Assembly (NCBI GenBank): GCA_016186795.1
Contig: JACPKY010000002.1
Location: forward strand, 218,593 to 282,592
Length of the DNA: 64,000 nucleotides
Direction of reading: 5' to 3'
Origin: Candidatus Gottesmanbacteria bacterium
GTDB taxonomy: Bacteria; Patescibacteriota; Microgenomatia; 2-02-FULL-39-11
The notes below the pieces were generated by a model that did no database searches, was not told the DNA's origin, and was given only the letters and a program-made list of their open reading frames with translations. Shown in pieces: positions 18,972-28,022 of the stretch; the first letter of the stretch is position 1, and each line of letters opens with the position of its first letter. The translations under genes were made by a program, and so were the position numbers.

Positions 18972-19673
18972 TCATTTCTTTCGGCGTTTGTCATTTTTTT
19001 TCAAAGATTCTTTTTCTTCTATTTTTCCGCGGATGAGTGAGAGAATTCCTTTCGCTTCATCAATACCGCCAAGGCCAAATGCGAGACCGAAAGAAATAGA
19101 AAGCATTGCAACAATCCCAGTAAATAATATTTTAATAAGATCGGCAGCAACACCAAGTTGAGTCAACACAATGAGTGTAGTAAAAAATATTATGGCGTAA
19201 CGAGCGAGTGTCGCAAGAAGCAGCGACTCCTTCCCTGCTACTCCCCCTACACCATGTCGTACAATATCATACGCAAAGCGAGCAGCAACAAGACCAATCC
19301 ACCCAATAACAACAGCGACAAATACACTTGGCAGAAATTGAAGAAGTTGACTCAGCACCTCCCCTACTCTTGGTATCCCCCAAATATCGACAGCAGATAT
19401 GAGGAAAATAAATATTACTGTCCAACGAAGTAGTTCTGCTAAAAGTTTTGGCCAAACATTGACTTTCTCTTCTTGAGTGAGACCCGCGGCCGTCAACCAC
19501 TTTCCTACCCGAAAATACCGAAAGATTAGGAGAAGTAGATCCTTCAGAAGTGAGGAAACGATGAGCCCAATCAAAAGAACTAAAATTCCGGCAAAAAATT
19601 TAACCGCAAATGTTGATAGGACAAATACGATTGAATTATACAGTGATGATATTCCACTTGAGAGAATGTTCAT
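18972..19673 (-). CDS. Polytopic membrane protein with internally repeated TM-helix units (MscS N-terminal-like), function unknown
   Basis: 233 aa with several TM helices, two similar half-units and a Lys-rich C-terminal tail (KKNDKRRKK). Confidence 0.45.
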   Translation of the reverse strand: MNILSSGISSLYNSIVFVLSTFAVKFFAGILVLLIGLIVSSLLKDLLLLIFRYFRVGKWLTAAGLTQEEKVNVWPKLLAELLRWTVIFIFLISAVDIWGIPRVGEVLSQLLQFLPSVFVAVVIGWIGLVAARFAYDIVRHGVGGVAGKESLLLATLARYAIIFFTTLIVLTQLGVAADLIKILFTGIVAMLSISFGLAFGLGGIDEAKGILSLIRGKIEEKESLKKNDKRRKK

Positions 19674-20572
19674 AGCCGAATATTCCGACCTTGCCTTTGA
19701 GCAAACGCATAAAGGTCAGCTAGCCTATATTGTAGTTGATTTGCTCCAAATCGTAAAGAGAGCCCGGCAACAGCATGCCCTGCTATAGCTGCCTGTTTGG
19801 CACTGCGAAATTTCGCATACGTATGGGCAAATGCTGCGGCGAAAATATCTCCTGAACCAGTTGAGTCAACAATCTCCTCTACCGTAAATGCTGGTACATG
19901 TGTACGTATACCGTTTTGGAAAAACATGCAGCCTTGCCCAGCTTTGGTCACAACGACGAGTGGTCCAACTAAACTCCACGAAAGAGCACGTGACAATGCA
20001 GTTGGAGAGTCGCGCTCGGATAAAATAACAACGTCAAACATTCGCAGGATTTTTTCCTCATCTTGCAACTCCCCATGCGAAATTGACTGATCAGTCAATA
20101 CTTTCCGATACATGCCTTGTGGAAGGAGAACCCGGAGAGATTTTTTACCAGATGTGATAGTTTGCAATGTATGAAAAGGAATCCTGGGGAGAAGGGGTGC
20201 CACAATAAGAATATCTCTATTGCGTAAACGCGTGTCGTTGACGTAAGTTTGATAAAAGTTCGAAACGTCCGAAACATGCTCGACAAATTGTCTCCGTTCT
20301 CCATCCCTTTCGAGTATATTTTTGAATACGAGAGTTTTTTTGAAGGCCGGGGTTTGCGGAATCCACTGTGCACCGGTAAGAGTAGTTTCTTTTGGAAAAT
20401 CTTCTCCGTATGGCGCAATCAGTGTGACCTGATCACCAAGATTGAGGAATGTTTTCCCTCCAAAGTACACGGGTCCCCCTGGCCCAACGTAGGTACCTGT
20501 TTCAATTCGGTTCTGATCAATTGTCACATCCCCAACAATCAAAACATCATTCATACGGGGCACCACGATCAA
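19670..20572 (-). CDS. PfkB-family carbohydrate kinase (ribokinase-like)
   Basis: The C-terminal anion-hole motif DSTGSGDIFAAAFA is the PfkB DTxGAGD signature. An N-terminal GG-type sugar-binding loop is present. Confidence 0.7.
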   Translation of the reverse strand: MIVVPRMNDVLIVGDVTIDQNRIETGTYVGPGGPVYFGGKTFLNLGDQVTLIAPYGEDFPKETTLTGAQWIPQTPAFKKTLVFKNILERDGERRQFVEHVSDVSNFYQTYVNDTRLRNRDILIVAPLLPRIPFHTLQTITSGKKSLRVLLPQGMYRKVLTDQSISHGELQDEEKILRMFDVVILSERDSPTALSRALSWSLVGPLVVVTKAGQGCMFFQNGIRTHVPAFTVEEIVDSTGSGDIFAAAFAHTYAKFRSAKQAAIAGHAVAGLSLRFGANQLQYRLADLYAFAQRQGRNIRL

Positions 20573-20934
20573 AGCGTAATATTTTTGTATACCGCGATTT
20601 GCGGTGATAGTACGTTTGTGAAACAGATGGTGACGACATCGATCCGTAAGGAATCAGGAAGATTTTTATGCGTAAGTTTATAGACGTGGGCCGAACGGAT
20701 AAGAGTTCTCCGCTTGGTCGCGGTAATTGCGTCTTCAGCTCTTCCAAAATGTTCGCTTTTTCGAGTTTTCACCTCGATAAAAACTAAACTGCCCCCATCG
20801 AGAGCGACAAGGTCAATTTCGCCGCCACGAAACCGGAAGTTCTGATCGATAATTTTGTAGCCTAATGAAGTAAGATAGGAGATGGCAATTTTTTCGCCGG
20901 ATTTACCAAGTGATATATTAGGCAGATCCACCAT
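20569..20934 (-). CDS. yraN: YraN-family (UPF0102) predicted endonuclease
   Basis: GEKIAISYL...[27 protein letters not shown] matches the YraN core (GGEIDLI...VFVEVK.R). 121 aa. Confidence 0.75.
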   Translation of the reverse strand: MVDLPNISLGKSGEKIAISYLTSLGYKIIDQNFRFRGGEIDLVALDGGSLVFIEVKTRKSEHFGRAEDAITATKRRTLIRSAHVYKLTHKNLPDSLRIDVVTICFTNVLSPQIAVYKNITL

Positions 20935-21328
20935 GAGAGGTATTCGTTTTCTCTTTTAGTTTATCAGCCTGTCGACCAACCATTCCTCGAAGATAATATA
21001 GCTTGGCTCGTTTCACTTTCCCAAGTTTTTTTACGCTAATTTTTTTAATCCACGGGGATATGAGAGGAAAAATTCTTTCGATACCGATATTTTGTGAACC
21101 AATTCTTCGAACGGTAAACATGGCATTTTGACCCTCCCCACGTATTGCAATAACTATTCCCTCAAACACTTGAATCCGTTCCCGCTCTTCTTCTTTTACC
21201 TCTCGTTTTGCTTTTCCGGCAACTTTTTCCTTTTCAATGAGGCGGTAGTGAACCGAAACAGTATCTCCCACATGGAACGTCGTTTTACCATGAATTGCAG
21301 CATTTGCCATAGGGGGATATTGTATCAA
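20918..21328 (-). CDS. rplS: 50S ribosomal protein L19
   Basis: [16 protein letters not shown]...[47 protein letters not shown] is the conserved L19 core. Confidence 0.9.
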   Translation of the reverse strand: MIQYPPMANAAIHGKTTFHVGDTVSVHYRLIEKEKVAGKAKREVKEEERERIQVFEGIVIAIRGEGQNAMFTVRRIGSQNIGIERIFPLISPWIKKISVKKLGKVKRAKLYYLRGMVGRQADKLKEKTNTSHGGSA

Positions 21329-21341
21329 AAGGGGTAAGTTC

Positions 21342-21923
21342 TTACAATAGCTTTAGCACATTCCACCAATTCTCAATATACTCTGGTCGGCGATTTTGGT
21401 ATTTCAGATAATAGGCATGTTCCCAAACATCAAGACCAACAATGGGGGTATGACCCGTAAGATATGGAGAATCTTGGTTTGGAAGAGAGTAAAGAAACAA
21501 TTTTCCGGAAGAATCTCGTGCTAACCATGCCCATCCACTCCCAAAATGTTTCGTCGCTGTTTCGGTAAATAGCTTTTTGAACTCTTGGATCGAGCCAAAT
21601 GTCTTTTCGACATCTGATTTGAGGACTTTATCCTCCTCTTTTTTGGGTGCCAAAATTGTCCAAAAAAGGGAGTGGTTGAGGTGTCCTCCCGCGTTATTTC
21701 GAAACATTGTTTTATCTTTCCCTTCAAATGGAGTTGAGTCGATATTTTTGAGAAGCTCTTCTAGCTTTTTATCTGCAACCTGAGGATATTTTTCCAAAAC
21801 AGTGTTGAGGTTATTAATATACGTCTGGTGATGCTTGGTGTGATGAATCTCCATGGTTCGTGCATCAATATAGGGTTCAAGAGCATTATATTGGTACGGT
21901 AGTTTGGGGAGATTGTATTTCAT
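21342..21923 (-). CDS. sodA: Fe/Mn superoxide dismutase
   Basis: [35 protein letters not shown], then [18 protein letters not shown]. The metal ligands His, His, Asp and His are in the canonical positions. Confidence 0.9.
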   Translation of the reverse strand: MKYNLPKLPYQYNALEPYIDARTMEIHHTKHHQTYINNLNTVLEKYPQVADKKLEELLKNIDSTPFEGKDKTMFRNNAGGHLNHSLFWTILAPKKEEDKVLKSDVEKTFGSIQEFKKLFTETATKHFGSGWAWLARDSSGKLFLYSLPNQDSPYLTGHTPIVGLDVWEHAYYLKYQNRRPEYIENWWNVLKLL

Positions 21924-22000
21924 AATATTTATTGTATATTACTTTGGTAAAATTTATATGTCAATAGTGTAAGAAAATTGTAAGACTAACAAAGGGTTTG

Positions 22001-22029
22001 TTGAAGACCTGTAGATATGTCTGTATAAT
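22001..22029 (+). promoter_or_regulatory. Sigma70-like promoter for tRNA-Lys: TTGAAG, 17-nt spacer, TATAAT
   Basis: -35 TTGAAG at 22001-22006, 17-nt spacer, -10 TATAAT at 22024-22029. The tRNA 5' end is 14 nt downstream. Confidence 0.45.
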
Positions 22030-22042
22030 AATCACATCTGCC

Positions 22043-22114
22043 GGGCCCGTAGCTCAATGGTAGAGCAGCAGCCTTTTAAGCTGTTGGTTGAGCGTTCGAG
22101 TCGCTCCGGGCTCA
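22043..22114 (+). tRNA. tRNA-Lys (anticodon UUU), 72 nt, no encoded CCA
   Basis: GGGCCCGUAGCUCAAUGGUAGAGCAGCAGCCUUUUAAGCUGUUGGUUGAGCGUUCGAGUCGCUCCGGGCUCA. The acceptor is GGGCCCG pairing with CGGGCUC (one G-U), the anticodon loop is CUUUUAA and the T-loop is UUCGAGU. Confidence 0.85.
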
Positions 22115-22134
22115 CATTCCAAGCGAATAACTTT

Positions 22135-22749
22135 ATGGTGATCGATACAAGCGAATCATGGAACCCCGTTCAGATGTTGGAATTTGCCGATGCACAAGTT
22201 CAGGAATCAATAAGAAACGCGGAACTGTTGGAATCGGAACATCACCCTTCAGAACCATATACATATCCTGAAGAAGATTTCCAGAGACAATTATCTCTAC
22301 AGAGTAGATTAAGAAGACTTTGGCTTCCTATCAAGGCTCCATCTGATTTCGCCAATTTATTTGAAATCGCAAAAGCAACGCGAGTTTCCGAAAATGAGAT
22401 TCTTGATCTAAATCAACTTCCTATTGGAACAAAAATATTTTTGCGTATCGCCGGTCATAGAACTTCCGGTTACTGTATCCAACTTGTGGAAACTCAAAAT
22501 CCTAAAGTTCCAAGACTTATCCGCCTGAGTAATCTCGGTAAAGGGTATTATTATATTGCCCCGACGCAAAGTATTTTTTCTATTGATCCAGTAGATAACA
22601 TTGCCTATCCTAACCATTTAAAAGTAGGCTCAGACGTCTCACTTCCACTTTTTCCCGATTCATTTACTCCTGGGAAAGTGCAAGTCGGATGGGGAGGAAC
22701 AATCCAGACGCTAGTAATTAAACCTCCACTTCAAACACAATCCCCCTAG
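22135..22749 (+). CDS. Hypothetical protein (about 204 aa), possible chagasin-like C-terminal motifs
   Basis: The track ORF (22057) begins inside the tRNA, so the start is moved to the first Met after the tRNA. An alternative start is at 22177. No family was recognised with confidence. Confidence 0.35.
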   Translation: MVIDTSESWNPVQMLEFADAQVQESIRNAELLESEHHPSEPYTYPEEDFQRQLSLQSRLRRLWLPIKAPSDFANLFEIAKATRVSENEILDLNQLPIGTKIFLRIAGHRTSGYCIQLVETQNPKVPRLIRLSNLGKGYYYIAPTQSIFSIDPVDNIAYPNHLKVGSDVSLPLFPDSFTPGKVQVGWGGTIQTLVIKPPLQTQSP

Positions 22750-22785
22750 CAGATCATATTCCATCTTTGTATACTACTTCTTAAT

Positions 22786-23715
22786 ATGCGCGAATTTGTT
22801 CTTCAGGTTGAGCAACTGGTAAAAGACTATGGACGTTTCCGAGCGGTTGACAAAATCAGCTTTCAACTCGAAAGAGGGAAAGTTGTTGGGCTTCTTGGCC
22901 CAAATGGGGCTGGAAAAACGACAACAATTCAGATGCTTCTCGGGGTAACGCTCGCAAACGGCGGAACTATCCACTACTTTGGACGTGATTTTTTTAAACA
23001 TCGCCAGTACTGCCTATCTCGCTTAAACTACACGTCTGCATTCAATACACTTCTTGGAAAGATTACCGTCTATGAAAACCTACTCGTGTATGCTGGACTA
23101 TACGAAGTGCAAAATCCCAAAAAGAGAATTTATGAGATAGCAAAATATTTTGAAGTAGAAGAACTATTTGGACAACTCTATCAAACACTTTCAACTGGAC
23201 AAAAAACACGTGTCAATCTTATAAAAGCACTTATCAATGACCCCGAAATTCTCTTGATGGATGAACCAACTGCATCGCTTGATCCTGATATAGCAGATAA
23301 AACTCTATCTCTTATTGAACATCTTAAGGAAAAAAGGAATATCTCCATTCTCTATACGAGTCACGATATGAACGAGGTTACCCGGATATGTGATGAGGTG
23401 ATATTTTTAGATCACGGCAAAATTGTGGCATATGATACTCCCGTAAATCTCACAAAAAGAATTGAAACTACGACAGTGCTTTTAAAGTATGAAGGATCCT
23501 CTTCCGAGATTCATAAATATTTCCAGAAGAAAAAACAACCGTTCACATCCCCTTACCCGAGCAGCGTTTGCTTTACAGCGAAAGAGATTGCTATTCCTTC
23601 CCTTCTTTTTGGAATAACCAAAACTGAAATTAGAATCATTGATATTGAAATCCGAAAACCAACTCTCGAAGATGTCTTTTTGCAAATAGCAAGAGGAGGA
23701 TCTCATGTCAATTAA
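22786..23715 (+). CDS. ABC transporter ATP-binding protein (ABC-2 type)
   Basis: Walker A GPNGAGKTTT, Q-loop, signature LSTGQKTRVNLIKAL, Walker B ILLMDEPTASLD and the H-loop. Confidence 0.85.
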   Translation: MREFVLQVEQLVKDYGRFRAVDKISFQLERGKVVGLLGPNGAGKTTTIQMLLGVTLANGGTIHYFGRDFFKHRQYCLSRLNYTSAFNTLLGKITVYENLLVYAGLYEVQNPKKRIYEIAKYFEVEELFGQLYQTLSTGQKTRVNLIKALINDPEILLMDEPTASLDPDIADKTLSLIEHLKEKRNISILYTSHDMNEVTRICDEVIFLDHGKIVAYDTPVNLTKRIETTTVLLKYEGSSSEIHKYFQKKKQPFTSPYPSSVCFTAKEIAIPSLLFGITKTEIRIIDIEIRKPTLEDVFLQIARGGSHVN

Positions 23716-24493
23716 GCGTATACAGGCTCTTTTAGCGCAAGAATACTTTGTGACAATTCATTCGCTGGAGACATTTTTCGATATTTTTGTTTTCTCCTTT
23801 ATTACACTTTTCTTATATGGCTTTTTCTCCCTCTATCTTATAGGGAATGAAAACATGCGTGCCGCACAGTATCTTCTTCTTGGTATGCTCTTTTGGGAAA
23901 TTGTGCGTGTGGGACAATACTCCGTTTCGGTTGCAAGTATGTGGAATATTTGGTTTCGAAACCTTACTCATTTATTTGTAAGTCCTGTTTCAACTTTGGA
24001 ATATTTCACTGCTCATTCCCTGTCAGGAGTTGTCAAAGCGTTTTCCGTTTTCATTATTGATGCTATCATTACGCTTGTTTTTTTCCATTTTTCAGTTTTT
24101 GAGATGGATATCGGTTTCTTATTCCTTGCATTTGTAAACCTTGCCGTTTTTTCAATATCTACAGGTATCGTCATCGTCGGACTTATTTTTCGCTTTGGTA
24201 CTCGAATCCAATCCTTTGCCTGGGGTTTAGTTCCAATTCTTCAACCACTCACGGCAGCCTTTTTTCCAGTGAGCGTTCTTCCGCAACCTCTTCAATATTT
24301 TGCCTATCTTTTCCCTACGACGTATATTTTTGAGGCATCACGTCTTCATCTTGATACTCATCTATACGATTGGCAAGCTCTCTTTGTTGCAGTTATTTTA
24401 AATATTCTCTATTTAATTGGTTCAGTGCTATTTTTTCAATGGTTTTACACTATTTCTCGCAATACTGGCCAATTTGCGAGAAATGAAGCTTAG
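23705..24493 (+). CDS. ABC-2 family transporter permease
   Basis: 262 aa with ~6 TM helices. It overlaps the ATPase gene by 11 nt, the typical ABC-2 operon layout. Confidence 0.6.
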   Translation: MSIKRIQALLAQEYFVTIHSLETFFDIFVFSFITLFLYGFFSLYLIGNENMRAAQYLLLGMLFWEIVRVGQYSVSVASMWNIWFRNLTHLFVSPVSTLEYFTAHSLSGVVKAFSVFIIDAIITLVFFHFSVFEMDIGFLFLAFVNLAVFSISTGIVIVGLIFRFGTRIQSFAWGLVPILQPLTAAFFPVSVLPQPLQYFAYLFPTTYIFEASRLHLDTHLYDWQALFVAVILNILYLIGSVLFFQWFYTISRNTGQFARNEA

Positions 24494-25926
24494 TCGATAA
24501 GCTTCACATTATGAGACTTACTCTCTCGAAATCCGGCTTCGGTGATCCGGACAAAAAAGGCATTTTTGTGAAGATCAGATATTGTCTTCGCGTTCATATA
24601 GCTCATCCCAGATCGAAGCGCACCAAGAAGCTGGTATAAAACATCTGCAACTTTCCCTTTGTAGGGAACCAGCGCTTCAACGCCTTCGGCAACGACAGTA
24701 TTGAGATTTTGAATATCCAATTCCTTTGCCGCCATCTTCCGATCGGCAACAGCAAGAAATGATGCAGCTCCCCGATGAGCCTTGTATTTCATCCCGTCTC
24801 GCAAAATAATTCCCCCTGGTGATTCATCGGTACCTGCAAACCATCCCGCAAGCATACATGATGATGCCCCAGCGGCAAGTGCTTTCGTTATATCGCCCGG
24901 GAAATTTGTTCCCCCATCCGCAATAATAGGTACTTTATATCGTTTACCAATCCGGCTACACTCATATACAGCAGTAAATTGAGGGACACCAATCCCGGCA
25001 ACAACGCGTGTTGTACAAAGCCCTCCAGGACCAACTCCTACTTTTACCGCATCGACGCCGAGTTGAATAAGATCTCGTGTACCTTCCGGAGTTGCTACGT
25101 TTCCTCCAATAATGTCGATCTCTTTAAACTTTCTTCTCACTTTTCCGACAGCTTTTAGCGCAACTTCATTATGACCATGGGCAACATCAATAACAAGTAC
25201 ATCAACTCCTGCTTCAACCAACGCATGAGCACGTTCCATAAAATCGCCAACGACTCCAATTGCTGCTCCAACTCGAAGCCTCCCGTACGAATCCTTTGTA
25301 GAGTTGGAAAAATTTGTGAAATGCACAAGACTTCGTGAAGTGATAAGACCCTTCAGTCTCTTTTTACTATCAATGAGCGGTAATTTTTCTATGTGATGCT
25401 TCACGAGAAAATCACGAGCTTCGTGAATCTTTACTGTTGGTTTGGCGTAAATGAGACGCGAAAACGGTGTCATTGTGCTTCTTACACTCTCGGTATCTGG
25501 CTTAAAAAGCATATCCCGCCTTGTAATAATTCCAAGAACAGTTTCATTTTCATCAACAATAATAAAACTATCAACGCTATTTATCCGTGCTTGTTCTTTT
25601 GCCTGACCAATTGTGGCAATCGGAGAAAGTGTATATGGTTTGTACACGATAAATCCTTCATGACGCTTCACTCTTTTTACTTCTGCAACCTGTTTTTCAA
25701 CCGTATTAAAACGGTGAATAATCCCTATTCCGCCTGCGTGAGCAAGTCCAATCGCCATAGCACTTTCAGTAACCGTATCCATGTTGGCAGATATGAAAGG
25801 AATACTTAACTTGATATTTCTTGATAGGTACGTCTTTGTATTAACATTTCCACGGTGTGCAATATTCGAGCGACGTGGAACCAGAAGAACATCATCATAG
25901 GTTAGAGAAAGATCAAAATTTTTCAT
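24490..25926 (-). CDS. guaB: Inosine-5'-monophosphate dehydrogenase
   Basis: MKNFDLSLTYDDVLLVPRRS start. A CBS-pair insertion. Catalytic loop GVGPGGLCTTRVVAGIGVPQ, then the IIADGG and GxxSxMLAG motifs. Confidence 0.9.
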   Translation of the reverse strand: MKNFDLSLTYDDVLLVPRRSNIAHRGNVNTKTYLSRNIKLSIPFISANMDTVTESAMAIGLAHAGGIGIIHRFNTVEKQVAEVKRVKRHEGFIVYKPYTLSPIATIGQAKEQARINSVDSFIIVDENETVLGIITRRDMLFKPDTESVRSTMTPFSRLIYAKPTVKIHEARDFLVKHHIEKLPLIDSKKRLKGLITSRSLVHFTNFSNSTKDSYGRLRVGAAIGVVGDFMERAHALVEAGVDVLVIDVAHGHNEVALKAVGKVRRKFKEIDIIGGNVATPEGTRDLIQLGVDAVKVGVGPGGLCTTRVVAGIGVPQFTAVYECSRIGKRYKVPIIADGGTNFPGDITKALAAGASSCMLAGWFAGTDESPGGIILRDGMKYKAHRGAASFLAVADRKMAAKELDIQNLNTVVAEGVEALVPYKGKVADVLYQLLGALRSGMSYMNAKTISDLHKNAFFVRITEAGFRESKSHNVKLID

Positions 25927-27188
25927 ACGGAAATCAAGGCACTCCTTTCAGGGCCAACGGAAATAAATCGAATAGGAATCCCCATAAGTGACTCAAAGGT
26001 CTTTATGTATTTTTTACAATTTTCTGGTAAATCGTGAAATCGTCGAATATTCGCTATATCTTGGGTCCAACCGGAAAGTGTACGATAGTGCGGTTGCAAT
26101 TTCGATACATCCGAAAGAAGTGAAGGAAAGTGACTTACTTTTTTTCCATTTAAAAAATGATGAGTAGCAATCTTTAAGGTTTTAAGTCCAGTCAGAACAT
26201 CGAGCTTGGTTACCACAAGATACTCAAAACCGTTTAGCTCGTTTGCTAGTTTCAACATCGGAATATCCAACCATCCACATCTTCTCCTTCTTTTGGAAAC
26301 AGTACCAAACTCGACTCCTTTATCACCTATTTGAATTCCTGTCTCATCAAATAATTCAGTGGGGAAAGGTCCTCCTCCTACCCTGGTAGTATAGGCTTTT
26401 ACGATGCCATAAACCATCAAATTTTGGGGAGGAAAACCGACAAAACTGAATACTGAGCCTGAAATAGTATTAACAGCAGTGGTGTAAGGGTAGGTGCCAA
26501 AGTTGGCATCAAGAAAAGTACCATGAGCTCCTTCAAAAAGGATCTTTTTTTTATTTATATTTTTGGCAACTATTGAGCTGACATCTCCTTTGTATCTAGA
26601 TAATCTACTGGCATATTTTTTATATTCTTGATAAATATCTGGGGCGGTCATTTTCACTTTGTAGCCGAAGACTGCTTCGATTCTTTTCTTCTTTTGTGGG
26701 AATATGGCAAATAATTTTTCTTTAAATAATTTGGGATTTATGAAATCTTCAAATCTGATGCCTTCTCTATTGTTTCTATCTTCATAACAATAGCCAATAC
26801 CTAATTTGAGACTTCCGACTTTTTGGGCTCCTTTTGCTTCTTCTGTTGCTGCATCTAATAGCTGGTGATAAGGCATGACTATATTGACTCTAGGATCGAT
26901 AGTAAGATTGGGAGGATTTCCTCTTTTGGTAAAATGCTCTATCTCAGCAAGTAATATTTTGGGGTTAATTACTACTCCTTGAGCAATCAGCAGTTTCTTT
27001 TTCCAGAGTACACCTGATGGTAGTAGGGATAGAGGAAATTTTTCCCCTTTATAAACCACTGTATGCCCTGCGTTATTACCTCCGTTAAATCGTACAATAT
27101 AATCTGCGCCTTTTGCTAGATAATCGACGATTTTTCCTTTTCCTTCATCTCCCCATTGTGCTCCGATAATAATCTTAGGTAATAGCAT
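25923..27188 (-). CDS. purA: Adenylosuccinate synthetase
   Basis: MLLPKIIIGAQWGDEGKGKIVDYL P-loop, taken from an internal Met. The track ORF has a 28-codon N-terminal extension, judged an artefact. GHTV and the IMP-binding motifs are present. Confidence 0.9.
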   Translation of the reverse strand: MLLPKIIIGAQWGDEGKGKIVDYLAKGADYIVRFNGGNNAGHTVVYKGEKFPLSLLPSGVLWKKKLLIAQGVVINPKILLAEIEHFTKRGNPPNLTIDPRVNIVMPYHQLLDAATEEAKGAQKVGSLKLGIGYCYEDRNNREGIRFEDFINPKLFKEKLFAIFPQKKKRIEAVFGYKVKMTAPDIYQEYKKYASRLSRYKGDVSSIVAKNINKKKILFEGAHGTFLDANFGTYPYTTAVNTISGSVFSFVGFPPQNLMVYGIVKAYTTRVGGGPFPTELFDETGIQIGDKGVEFGTVSKRRRRCGWLDIPMLKLANELNGFEYLVVTKLDVLTGLKTLKIATHHFLNGKKVSHFPSLLSDVSKLQPHYRTLSGWTQDIANIRRFHDLPENCKKYIKTFESLMGIPIRFISVGPERSALISV

Positions 27189-27201
27189 ATAAATTTCTTT
27201 T

Positions 27202-28014
27202 TTATACTTTCTTTTGTAGTAAATTCGTTCCAAAAACAACTTGGTTATAAATTGCAGCATGTGGCGCTGCAATTTTAACTAGTGCCGGATTTTGTGTTCT
27301 CGTAAATTCATCTCTAGCAAATTTTAGAACTGCAAGTGTGGATTGGCGTTCTGTTATCGGAACTCTTTTGGCGGCACGATCGCTTCCTACCCTGCATGTA
27401 AATTCTGGACCATTTTTCATCTCGTCGACATGTCCCCCCTCATGCAAGGCCGCAGCAATAGCAAAATACGGCTGCCCTCTTATCATATCCTCATTAATAA
27501 TGATATTACTCTTTAAGTTTGAGTCTCTTTTAACAACTGCAATTTTTTTCCCTTTAATAGACCCCACCTCAGGAGTCGTACTTGGAATTAGAGTGGCACC
27601 TTTATTTGCTGGAAGTGCATTGTCTATTTCTATTCTATTGCTATCTTTGGTAACTAATTTAGCTCGTCCTGAAGCTCCTGCTTTTGCGGTGAAAATACGT
27701 ATACCTTCTTTTTCTAACACACTATTTAGCTCAGATAGGATATTAAGAGCTTCATCAAATGTTAATTCGTTGCCTTTTTCTTGAAGAGCAGATTCAACTA
27801 CTTTTAGCATTCCTAAATGATCGGTATATTTTTTACAAGCATTTATCCATAAATCTCTTCCATAAATATCTGCTGCAGATTCAGCCATATATGCTAAGGG
27901 AGGAATTTCTCCTTCTCCGTATTGAATCGTTGCTCCTCTTGCAGTTTCTTCTACATCATGTGCAAATTGTTGAATTAATTGCTCTTTATCAATTTCTATT
28001 TTTGCATCTAACAT
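27202..28014 (-). CDS. Hypothetical protein embedded in the purine operon (270 aa). It is a candidate for the missing IMP cyclohydrolase step, but this is unproven.
   Basis: Balanced, K/E-rich, protein-like composition. It sits between purB and purA on the same strand with near-abutting boundaries. No family motif was recognised by eye. Confidence 0.4.
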   Translation of the reverse strand: MLDAKIEIDKEQLIQQFAHDVEETARGATIQYGEGEIPPLAYMAESAADIYGRDLWINACKKYTDHLGMLKVVESALQEKGNELTFDEALNILSELNSVLEKEGIRIFTAKAGASGRAKLVTKDSNRIEIDNALPANKGATLIPSTTPEVGSIKGKKIAVVKRDSNLKSNIIINEDMIRGQPYFAIAAALHEGGHVDEMKNGPEFTCRVGSDRAAKRVPITERQSTLAVLKFARDEFTRTQNPALVKIAAPHAAIYNQVVFGTNLLQKKV

Positions 28015-28022
28015 ATATTTTG

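Noticed and set aside
18880-22130. tRNA-flanked genomic island or integrated mobile element around tRNA-Glu and tRNA-Lys
   Set aside because: No integrase, recombinase, transposase or phage genes are present. I could not spot direct repeats of the tRNA 3' ends. The intervening genes are housekeeping: rplS, sod and yraN.
22057-22134. N-terminal 26 codons of the track ORF 22057-22749
   Set aside because: This stretch lies inside the tRNA-Lys gene (22043-22114), so the CDS start was moved to the first Met after the tRNA.
27189-27272. 28-codon N-terminal extension of purA (also a 12-codon extension on carB and a 16-codon extension on purN)
   Set aside because: The conserved N-terminal motifs begin at internal Mets: MLLPKIIIGAQWGDEGKGK for purA, MAKNY...VLGSG for carB and MKKKIAVLL for purN. 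The extensions are ORF-caller artefacts and would create long overlaps.
27338-27784. 148-aa plus-strand ORF opposite the unassigned 270-aa purine-cluster ORF
   Set aside because: It has a Ser/Leu/Pro-rich low-complexity translation. The minus-strand frame has balanced composition and is in an operon position. This is kept as a caveat, because neither frame has recognisable homology.
27202-28014. Calling the 270-aa ORF PurO (archaeal IMP cyclohydrolase) outright
   Set aside because: The idea comes from context only. I could not align it to the PurO sequence as I recall it, and no NTN-hydrolase-type N-terminal nucleophile is evident. It is reported only as a hypothesis.
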